A stretch of 63,129 nt of DNA, counting the filler, from Reclinomonas americana ATCC 50394 (Eukaryota): the NCBI GenBank assembly GCA_048213135.1. It is 19 parts of 19 records of this genome, joined end to end, with 100 filler letters (N's around TTAATTAATTAA, not from the genome) between each part and the next. Parts side by side here need not be neighbours in the genome. Positions count along the whole stretch, not along the records: positions 51,544 to 59,622 come from AFZH01017513.1; positions 59,723 to 61,128 come from AFZH01017514.1; positions 61,229 to 63,129 come from AFZH01017515.1; 16 more parts are not named here. One strand, given 5' to 3'. This document shows, one piece after another, positions 53,001 to 63,129 of this stretch (position 1 is its first letter; the number at the start of each line of letters is the position of its first letter). A model generated the notes under the pieces. The model did no database searches. It worked only from the letters and a program-made list of their open reading frames with translations, and was not told the origin of the DNA. Position numbers and translations under genes: made by a program.

Positions 53001-54051
53001 TGACTCCACCGAATACTGCGGCACCAAGGGTGGCGTGAGCATTGCGCATGCACTCGAAGTCAACGAGTGTCTTGATTCGATCCAGTTGACGGGCTGCGGT
53101 GAGTGGCAAAACTAAGAAAAACTGGGTGCGAGACTGCGAACTCATGTTTTTTTGATGGCAGAGTTGAAGGCCGATGTCGGCCGCGCCTTTTGCAACACGC
53201 TGCTGCGGAACTCGACGCTCACATTCCTTGATCTCGGTGCGGCGAGGAGTGGCCCCGCGACCTCTTCTGTGTCAGTTTCTCATCACGTGCTTGTCATGCA
53301 GCCTCGAATGATCTCGCCGACGAAGGTGCCGAGGCTCTGTCTGAGGGCCTGGCTGTCAATCGCACTCTGCGCCACTTGTTCCTCGATGGTGCGGCGGCTG
53401 GAAGAGATTGAGATTGCGGGAGGGTTGACATACCTTGTCTCCCCCTCCTCCTTCCCCCTTCACTTTCCCCCATCACCTTCCCCCTTTTCCTTCCCCCTTC
53501 ACCTTCCCCCTTCACCTTCCCTCTTTTCCTTTCCCCTTTTCCTTCCCCCTTTTCCTTTCCCCTTTTCCTTTCCCCTTCACCTTCCCCCTTTCCTCACTCA
53601 CCTCCCCAGACAACCACATTGGCTCCCGCGGCGTGTGCGCCATCATGAACAAACTGCAGAGCTCGGGTCTCCACCGCCTCACCATGTCGGTCAACCCAAT
53701 GGGCGACGCCGCGGCCACCGCCATTGGTCGCATGCTCACCGAGAACGCGCAGTTGCAGATTCTCGATCTCTCATGTTGCGTCTTTTTCTCTCTTTGCATT
53801 CTCTTTTCCTTGCCCTCACACGACGAGCAGGCTGCTCGATTGGCGACCGCACCGCTCTCTCCATTGCCGAAGGCCTCTCTGTCAATGTCAGCATACACCT
53901 GGTGCTGATTGGCGGCAATCGAGTCACACAGCGCGGAGAGAATGCCCTGAAGCAAGCCTACAAGCATCGCAGGAGACGAGCCGCGATGCTGCCGCACCGA
54001 GTCCGTGGTGCGCTCATGGCCGCTGGAACGGGAGTAGAGGAGAGGCGGTGA
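49832..54051 (+). CDS. Transmembrane F-box protein with RNI-like leucine-rich repeats (spliced, spans two gaps)
   Basis: 3-4 hydrophobic helices (50503-51080). F-box MDLLPDEHLWK|NVFSFLSVS|DFAVSATVCREWYEL. LRRs NSTLTFLDLASNDLADEGAEALSEGL, NRTLRHLFLDDNHIGSRG, NAQLQILDLSCCSIGDRTALSIAEGL. Stop at 54049-54051. The link from the 49832 ATG crosses a gap. Confidence 0.82.
52430..52710. repeat. Intronic minisatellite (ctcgttcctctcgctg(t/c)gct)n, about 20 bp unit
   Basis: About 12 visible copies in the LRR-gene intron. Confidence 0.85.
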
Positions 54052-54179
54052 ATGTGGGCGAGACCCCGAATAATGAATGACGATCAACGAGAAGTGCAAT
54101 AACAACAACAACAACAGCAAGACACTGATTTATGCACAAGTAAAACAAAAACAGACAAAAAACAGAGCACAGGTGGCCT

Positions 54180-57100
54180 TCAAATAAGAGGGTGGTGGCA
54201 CACCCACGCGCCTGTTGTGGTAAAGATGTTCAGCGGCGATCTGTGCGCATGCCAGCAACTCGGTTGGCAAATAATTTTTCTGAACCTCCCTTCCTCTGTT
54301 TCCTTCTCTCTCCCCCTTGTCCTCTTCTTCCCCCTTCCGCTCACCTCCCTCCTGCTGATTATATCATGTTTCTTATATCGCCCGACCTCCCTTCCTCTGC
54401 TTTTTTCTCTCTCCCCTTTTCCCCCTCTTCCGCCTACCACCTTACGCTCACCTCCCTCCTGCTGATATTATCATGTTTCTTGTATCACGTCTGGCCTCCC
54501 TTCCTTTTTTCTTTCTCCCTCCCCCTTGTCCTCGTCTTCCCCTTCCCTTCCCCTTCCCCTTCCCTTCCCCTTCCCCTTTCCCTTCCACTTCACGCTCACC
54601 TCCCTCCTGCTGATAATATCTCGTCCCCTCCGTACTGTGCGTCCTCGCCGGCAGCGGCGGTACGAGCGGCGGTGGTGGTGTCTCACTGCGCGTCCGCCCA
54701 CCAGCATACACTGCTGCCTCACTGGACCTCGATCGTCCGCCAGCGGCAGCGGCTGTGGACGCGGATGGCGGCGGTGTGGTCACTCTCCGAGTCAAGCGCG
54801 CCGTCACCGACGACTGCGGGTCGGCGAGCGGCTGCGCCGGTGCCGAAGCCACACTGCTCAAGGTCGCTGCATGTCGATCCGAGGGCGGCGAGAATGCCGA
54901 CGATGGCTGCTGTGGGGTGCGCTGCGATGCGTAAGGATCGTGCGTGCGGTGGCGTGCTCCTGCACCGCTCTCCGACGCGGACAGCGAGTGGAGTGCCCGA
55001 TCGCGCGACTGCGGTTGCGGAAGCGTGGGAGGTGGTGAGCGAAGCGGCGAGTCGCCGTACACTCCCGACGACGACGACGATGGTGGAGGAATCGATTGTC
55101 CCAGTGGTCGATTGTGTGACTGCCGCATGTGTCGCACGCCAGCGAACAATGTGTCGAACGAAGCAATGAGATCTGCAGCAACATTGGTGAGAGAGATGCA
55201 GGGAGTAGTCTCAATTATTGAGTGGCTGCGTGCGCAACTCTGCACGCGCCGCTCGACCAGCTCCTCTGTCCACTGCTTGGTGGCCCATGCGCGTGCATCC
55301 GAGACCAGTTTGTCGAGTACTTGCCATTCGGGGCGGTCGCGCAGTTGCGTGCGCAGTTCTCGATGGAAGGTGTCGGCCCAGTGGCGCAATTCATCGTGCG
55401 AGGCGAGATCGTTCAGCTGTTGCGCGAACTGATCGCGTTCCACCTGCACGCACACATGCATCAGCAACGGCAAGTGGAGATCAACGTGAGCTGAACGGGC
55501 GACAGACCTTCTCCGCCAGTTGCGAATTGACAGTGTGCTTGTCGGCCTTTTCGTGCTGCAGCTTCTTGATCTCCTTGTCGACCGACTTGGTCAGTTCCTC
55601 AAACAACGTGGTGAGGCCGCGCAGACCAGCATCCAGTTCCGTGTACTGCGCGTCGAGGGCCTGGTTGACCATGTCACGATTGGCACACAGCTCGAGGCGC
55701 TCGTGCAGCAACTTGAGCTGGGCGGAAAGTGTGAGATAGAGGGTGGAATTCATCAACGACATATGAACACAAAGAAACAACAAACATGCGCCGCAGATAC
55801 GTCAGGCACGCAACATCAGTCTCCAATAAGCCCTTGTTGCTGGTCTGCGACTTGAGGGCATCCTGCACAAAATGTGTGAGGAATTCGCTTCCCCAACACT
55901 CTCCCGCAACCGCACGCACCTTGTGCTCCAGCCACACAGCGGCGTCCAGCTTGCCGTGTACGAGAATCTCAATGCGTCGATTAATGTCGGCCAGGACCGC
56001 ATCCAGTGTCTCCCGCAGCCGCACAGGCAAGTCGTGCATCTCGGCGGCCGTGTGTTCCACCACTCGCATCATCTGCGCGAGAGAGAGTGAGCGCACTTTC
56101 CAACACCATTGACTCCCTCTTTCCCCGAAACACACCTCACGCCCTTCCATCGCACTCAAACGCTGCGAAAACTCGGCGGCCATGTGCGACTCCACCCGCT
56201 CAATCGCCGTCTGCAGGAACGACATGTCGACCTTGCCTTCCAGCGCCGAGTCGACTTCGGTCTGCGTGGCCTTGCGGTCGACCGTGGCCGCCACCTCGCG
56301 CACGTGCACCTGCAGCAGGTCGTGTCGTTCGGCCAGGCGGTCGAGGTCGTCCTTGAATTGTGCGCCCACGCGGTCAATGGCGGAGTTGTGTTGTTCACGG
56401 GATTCGAGAATGGCGTGTTCCAGGGGTCGGAGCTCGGATTTTAGGGCGACGGCGGATTGAGTGGCTTGGAGCTGCAAGGGATCGAAAGGGAAGGGAGAAG
56501 GGGAAGGGGGTTGAAGGGGAAGGGGGAGGAAAGGGGAAGGGAGAAGGGGAAGGGGGTTAGAAGGGAAGGGGGATAAGGGAAAGGGGGTTAAAGGGGAAGG
56601 AAATTTGAAGAGGAGGAGGTGAAGAGGTGAGTTGAAATGGTGGGAGGACGTAACAAAGGAAACGGGAACGTAGGGATGCGAAGAGGAGGGAGAGGTGGCA
56701 TGTGTCTCCCAGGTCTTTCTTCAAGTCACGTGGCGAGGAGATGAAGAAGAAATATGGAGGGAGGAGACTAAGGTAAGGAAAGGAAAGGGGAAGGGAGGGA
56801 TACGAAGGGGAAGAAGAGGCGGTAGAACACATCTTTTCTCTCTCAGGTCAGTTCTCAAGTCACGTAAAAACAAATGGAGGGTGGACACAATGGTAAACAA
56901 AGAAAATGGGAATGTAGAGATATTAAGGGGAGGGAGATGTGGCATGTGTAGCCCCAGGGTTGTCCCCAAGTCACGCGGCGAGGAGGAGAAGAGGAAAATT
57001 GGAGAGAGAACACAAGAGTAAACAAACGAAAGGGGAAGGGAGGGAGACGAAGGGGAGGGGAAGGTGCCTGAATGCTTCTTTGTCTCACAGGTCTGTTCTC

Positions 57101-59552
57101 AACGCACGTGGCGAGGAGGTGAAAAATTGGAGAGGAGACAAGGATAAGGAAAGGAAAGGGAAAAGGAGGGCTACAATAGGGAAGGAGAAGTGGCAGAATA
57201 CTTTTTCTCTCAGGCCTTTCCTCCCATAACGCACCTCTTCGTTGAGATCCCGAATGTTGGCGCTCAGCTCGACCACCTTTGCTGCAGTCGCCTCGCTCTC
57301 CAAGTGTCGCTGGCGGCGTTCCTCTTCTGTTGCCCTGTGGAGCATTGATTGGGAAGGTGAGTGTTCGAGCAACGCACTCTCACTTCCTCACATTCTCATG
57401 ACACTGTGGGTCCCACTTTGCGTTTCTCACAGCGCAATTATGCTCATCTTCCTTGTTTGTCAAGCAGACAGGGAGAGACAAAAAGAATGGATGATGCTCT
57501 CCAAGTCAAGTAGAGATGTAGAAGCAGGTGATCTTCCTTAATCAGTGCCACACTATAAAGCGAAGAAAGAGAGAATGAATGCGAGATATTCGTTAGAATT
57601 TGCGACGTAGCTGTTGTCTATCCTCTCCGTGCTCCACATTCTGCCCACTTTCACGTTCCTGCACTTTGCTTCTATTCTCATGCCTTCTCCGTCTTTCTTT
57701 CTCTCTTCTTCCAGGTTTCCATTTCTCACAATTGCTCCATTTTTCTTTCCTCGCTCAACTCGCACATTGTTCTCAACTTCTTCTCTTTTCTCGTGACCCT
57801 TTTACCTCTCTTCTCTATTCTCTCGCCATTATTCTGTTTTCGTGTCCTCACTCAACTCTCTTCCACCTCTTTAGTTTTTTCTGTGCACCTCCTCTTCCCT
57901 CCCTTTCATGTTCTCTTTCAATCTCATACGCTTATTCGTCTCCCTGTCAATCTTCTCTCGCTCTCTCACACGCATGCACCTCACCCCTCTTCTCCTTCTC
58001 CCTCTCTTCTCTCCCATCGCCTTTCCCCCATTTTCCCCACTCAACTCCTGCAATCTCCTCAGCGCCGTCCCCGTGGCCTCCACCGTCTGATCCAAATTCT
58101 GCAGTCGCTCCGCGGCATGCTGCTCCGTGCTGGCCGACTGCCGCACCGCCTCTTCCAGCAGCTGCCTGTGTCGCGATTCGAGTGCCTCCAGCTGCTGACT
58201 CAGCACGCTGATCTTGTGCTGCAGTGCGACCTCCATGCGCGGTACCTGCATGCCGGCGGTAAGTCAAAGTGCAGAGACACTTCTTACAATTCGTGGCGAC
58301 GAACCGCATCCTGCAAGCGCATGAGGTCGTCCACGCGACCGAGAAGCTCCTCCACGGCGCCCTCAATGCCACCGCCACTGGTGGTGTCCGACGCATTTCC
58401 GGCATCGTCATCGCTTCCGCTGTCGCTGCTGCCGTGCAACGAACTCGGCAGGGATCCGGTGGCCCGCGAGCCCATGGAGCGCGATTCACTGAGGCGTCTC
58501 CGTCTCCTCTCGCCCGCATCGCTTCCGTCGTCGTCGTCATCAAGGAACTCGAGTGCGTCGTCGTCGTCGCCTCTGTGGAGGAGGTAACAAGACAAGTGAG
58601 ATTGTGAACAAGATAGAGTGCGGTTTAGTTTGTAACGCACTGGTGACGGACGCGCAGTTTGCGACGCCTGTTTGCGAAGATTGTGAGCAGTGGGGTAAGA
58701 GCAGACGCCTGGTATGACGCACCTGGATCCACCGTCTTCTCCACCTTCTGCGGCCAGAGCGCGGCCAGCAGCTGCATAGCGATAGTGTCAGTGGAGAGGA
58801 AAACGTGAGTCATCTGGCACACGCCGACGCACCATTATCAAATGCGATGCCCTGCGATCGGTTCGAAGAACGTCGAATACGACTGCTGTCGTCTTCCATG
58901 CCTGTGAACATGACGTCAACGCCTGCATATCACATCGCCTGACTTGACAGTAATTACTCACCGGGCAGCGGAACTCCACCATCGTCGCCATCACGCTGAA
59001 GACGACGCGATTTCGGTGGCTGTGAATACAACATGAGAGGCTTATCAAGCAATGTTACTGGTGTGTCTCCTTTTGACAAACCCCTGCTGCCGCACTGTGA
59101 CGCTCACGTGATTTCCTGGATTTGTGCGACTTGCCCTCCTCTTTGCCGTCCTCCTCGTCATCGTCGTCGTCGAGCCCCTTGCCGAACCATTTGCGCAGTG
59201 GCTTGCGTAATTTCTCCACACGACTGGCAATGCTGTGCTCACCAAACATGCGTCACGCCAAGATCAACAACGTGACAAAAGTTGATGACGCGCACCGTTT
59301 CGTCTTGGTCTCGATTTCACTGCGCATGGTCTGCTGGTCGACCTTGGTCTCGCGAAGGTCTCTCAGTTGGGTGTTGATCTCCGTCAGTCGTTGGTCGAGC
59401 TCCGCTTTTCTGCGGGGGAAGGGAAAAGGATGAGGGAGAAGGGCGGAAGGGCGGAAGGGCGGAAGGGGAGGGAGGGAGGGAGGGAGGGAGGGAGGGAGAG
59501 AGGAGAGAGGAGAGAGGAGAGAGGAGAGAGGAGAGAGAGAGGAGAGGAGAGG

Positions 59553-59593
<41 letters not shown>

Positions 59594-62500
59594 GAAGAGA
59601 GAGAGAAGAGAGAGGAGAGAGANNNNNNNNNNNNNNNNNNNNNNNNNNNNNNNNNNNNNNNNNNNNTTAATTAATTAANNNNNNNNNNNNNNNNNNNNNN
59701 NNNNNNNNNNNNNNNNNNNNNNACGGTAACCGGGTAACCGGGTAACCCGGTAACGGTACGGTAGGTACGGTACGGTACGAGGAGACGACGTAGACGAGAG
59801 AGTGAGAGACAGAGAGAGAGAGAGGGGAAGGGGGAAGGGGGAAGGGGGAAGAAGAAGGGAAGGAGAAGGGAAGGAGAAGGGAAGGAGAAGGGAAGGAGAA
59901 GGGAAGGGAAGGAGAAGGGAAGGAGAAGCAAAGGAGAAGCAAAGGAGAAGCAAAGGAGAAGCAAAGGAGAAGCAAAGGAGAAGCAATGGAGAAGCAATGG
60001 AGAAGCAATGGAGAAGCAATGGAGAAGCAATGGAGAAGCAATGGAGAAGCAAAGGAGAAGCCAAGGAGATGCAAAGGAGAAGGAGAAGGCGAATAAGAAA
60101 GAGACAGAGATGTTGAAGGTGCAGGGGTGAAGGGAAACAGTTGATGCGGAATGATAAGGCGAGAAGCAGGAAAAAGAAGGAAGAGAAGGGAAAGCCAGGG
60201 ACGGGGAAGGAAGGATGGAAGCGCACGCATGAAGGGAAGTGGCGCGCAAAAGGGAAGAAGGGAAGGGATGAGAACTTGCTCTCCAAGCTTGTCTCTCACT
60301 CATTGATTTCTGTTTTCTTTTCATCCCATCCACATGCAGTTGCCATTGTTTCAGGACCCAAGCTCGCATCGAAGTAAAGACAAGGGAAGAAGAAAGGGAA
60401 AGCCGGGGAAGAAATGGAAGAAAGAGCATGTATCTAGTCAAGTTGGGAGATGATGACAGTGTGCCAACTCACCGACTCTCAGACACAGCGGCTGAACGCA
60501 TCCGTGACTCCTCCGCCATGCGTCGCAGCTCCTCAATGTCGGCTTTGACCTCCAGTTGACGCTGTTCGTGCAGTGGATAAGATCACAATGCCAGTGATGC
60601 ATGAAGGTGCTGTACAAACCGCCACGGTCTCGGCCGGTGCCAATGTCATGACTGTCTGCTCGAGGTGCTGTATTCTAATGTCGCGGTCATTCAGGAATTC
60701 CTGTTCCGACAAGGGTGAGTGACCATCGAAGGCAAGGCACATAGAACAGCGCGCAACTCGCATGGAATCGACGCCGGCTTTCGATTCCATCGCCACACGC
60801 ATGCGATCGAACTGGAGTGTGCTCTGTGCAGTGGCAACGAGGTTGGCGATGATGGAAAGAGGGGGGAATACAGGGGAAGAGAAGGAAGAGGAAAGAACAG
60901 ACAGCCTGAGAGAAGCGGAGAGTCAGGAAGAGAAAGAGGAGGAGAGCCGGGAAGAGAAAGAGAAGGAGAGACAAGAGGAGGAAGAGGAGGAGAGACAGGA
61001 GGAGGAAGAGGAGGAGAGCCAGGAAGAGGAAGAGGAGGAGAGACAGGAAGAGGAAGAGGAGGAGAGACAGGAGGAGGAAGAGGAGGAGAGACAGGAGGAG
61101 GAAGAGGAGGAGAGCCAGGAAGAGGAAGNNNNNNNNNNNNNNNNNNNNNNNNNNNNNNNNNNNNNNNNNNNNTTAATTAATTAANNNNNNNNNNNNNNNN
61201 NNNNNNNNNNNNNNNNNNNNNNNNNNNNAGGAGGAGAGACAGTGGAGGAGACAGGAAGAGACGGAAGAGACGGGAGAGACAGGAAGAGACGGAAGATGAA
61301 AGAGAGAGAGAGGAGAAGGGAGAGAGAGGGAAGAAAGAGGAAGCGAGGGAGAGTGGAAGGAAGCAGCGAGACGAGAACTTCTTTTCTCGTTGTTACAATT
61401 CTTTTCTCTAGCCAAGATCACTCATTTCATTTACTGTGTCTGCATCGACTTCCTTTATGTCGCTCTCTCTCTCACACACTCTCTCTCAACAGCTTCCTCT
61501 TGCCCTCTATTTGGATCCCTCCCTCTCTCCTCACACATGCCATCCTTTGTCTGTGTTGCCTCCTGCCTTCTCTTGGTGTCTTTCTTTTTGTTCTATCGCC
61601 TCCTTCCCTCTCTCTCCGTGTCCCTCCTTCCCTTTTTCTCTTCTTGCCCCCTTCCTTTCCTAAACGTCCCTCCCCTACTCCTTCTCGCAGAAAGCACTCA
61701 CATCCTCTTGCAGGGCCTCGATTTCATGCTTGGCAGTGCGCGCTTCTTCGGCTAGCTTGCGTATTTGGTCGCCCAACTCCGACAAGTAGGTCTGCCATGC
61801 AAACAATAAGATATGGCCTGGGCAAGCAACCATTCCTGCAGCTCCAACTCACCGCCGTGACCTTTTCGTCGGCCTTGGCGGCCATTCCCAACTGCATTAC
61901 TCCACGCAGATCGTCGATCTTGCGGGAGATTCTCATCTGCACAACATCGAGCATAAGCGTCAGCAAGACAAGATATTCTCTTCAACTCTCATTCCCCTTC
62001 ACCTCTCGTTCCGCCATCAGCTCCTCCATGGTTGCATCCACCAACTGCGTGCAGTCGGCGGCCGACAGCTTCTCCACACCCAACTTGGCCACATCCTGCA
62101 CCACTCGATCCACAGTTTTGCGGTCGACCGTGTCGCGCATCTGGAGAAGGAGTTGGTTTCCATTTGCCTATCCTCCACTATGAATGTGATTGCACTGTAC
62201 CTTCTTGCTGATCAACTCCTGCACCGACGCTTGCGTGGCATATGTGTGCAACTGCCTCTCCAGCTCGCCGCTGTCGGCCTTGAGCAACAGCGCCTCTTCC
62301 ACCATTGCGCGATCGGCCTTGGCCACCAATGCCTCCTCGGCGCGTGCGAATCGCTCGTCAATGTGCAGTCTGTCAAAGCGCTCCTCCAGTCGGGCGCAGC
62401 GCTCGTCCTGATAAAAGGGGAGAAGAAGTGAGGAAAGTAGAAATCGCAAGAAGAGGTGGCGTCGACACGCAACTCGCACACGAGTTTGTTGCTCGACGCG

Positions 62501-62944
62501 AGCCAGCTGCTGCTGCACGTCGGCCAGCGAGTGCTCCACCGACTGGCGTGTGGCGGCGGCCTCGTCGTGCAGGCGACTCGCTTCGTCCAGCCATTCGAGG
62601 CGGAGAGTGGAGACGGACTGCGTGATGGGGGAATGAGGAGGGGGAAATGGGAGATGAAGACAGAGACACTGTATTCTCACCTTTTCCACCATCCGCTCCA
62701 CTGCGTTCATGTCCAGCGCCCGCGCAGCACCGGCGGCTTGCGTGGCGGCCGCGACCATCTTTTGCTGTGTGGTGAGCATGGCGCGTTCCACCATGGTGGT
62801 GATGGTGCCGAGGGAGGCTGCGGCGCTCGTGGCGCTGGCGGTGGCCACGGTCTCCAGTCGTGATTCGGAGAGCACGAGGCGGTCTTCCATGCGTTGGAGG
62901 GCGGCGGCTTGGCTGTGGATGAGTTCGCGTTGGACGGCGGTGTG
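54180..62944 (-). CDS. Long coiled-coil protein with KAD/KVD repeats (many exons; 5' end outside window, 3' end uncertain; could be more than one gene)
   Basis: Exons encode heptad-rich helices with recurring LVAKADRAMVEEALLLKADSGEL, ETKVDQQ, DRKATQTEVDSALEGKVDMS, HEKADKHTVNSQLAEK, and a Pro/Ser-rich tail. Introns are GT-AG and pyrimidine-rich on the minus strand. Confidence 0.72.
56690..57215. repeat. Intronic tandem repeat of about 120-130 bp, about 4-5 diverged copies
   Basis: Recurring ca(c/g)gtc..tctcaagtcacg(t/c)ggcgaggag...tggag. Confidence 0.65.
59920..60070. repeat. Intronic 11-bp satellite (ggagaagcaa(a/t))n
   Basis: About 12 tandem copies. The reverse complement resembles the ttgcttcccc satellites at 6175-6400 and 27970-28100. 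Confidence 0.85.
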
Positions 62945-63129
62945 CTGAATGTGGGGGAAGGAGGAATGAAGGGAAGGGTGAGGGGAAGGGAGAAGGGGAG
63001 GGGAAGGGGAAGGGAGAAGGGGAAGGGAGAAGGGGAAGGGAGAAGGGGAAAGGGAAGGGAAGGGTGAGGGAGAAGAGAAGGAAGATGAGAAGGGAAAAGA
63101 GAAGGGAAAGAGAAGGGAGAAGGGAAGGG

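Noticed and set aside
60762..61184. Glu-rich ORF, and the many RERE, CVCV, SLSL and LLCSALL ORFs
   Set aside because: These are translations of intronic or intergenic simple repeats, often antisense to real genes.

Overview
Intron-rich eukaryotic (protist-like) draft genome sequence. It is broken into small contigs joined by artificial N-TTAATTAATTAA-N spacers, with microsatellite-rich introns and noisy contig ends. Manual splicing gives, in order: fructose-1,6-bisphosphatase; a BPI/LBP lipid-binding protein with a PA14/GLEYA-like domain inserted into it; an EF-hand-like fragment (-); a multi-pass, probably 7TM, membrane protein; a tandem array of a head-to-head orphan gene pair (four MGC-start genes on +, three acidic/Cys-rich partners on -); GYF_2-containing HTATSF1/Tat-SF1; an REase-like plus non-RD kinase gene; an MBOAT lysophospholipid acyltransferase with an 8-nt microexon; a large FN3-repeat type I surface protein; a transmembrane F-box/RNI-LRR gene preceded by tandem copies of its own 5' end; and a long KAD/KVD-repeat coiled-coil gene (-). 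The most unusual signal is splicing. About 20 frame-supported introns start with GTTGCG, which has no +5 G and looks like GTGCG shifted by one base, and 19 of those 20 follow an exon that does not end in G. All gene models are by eye, with no RNA or database support.
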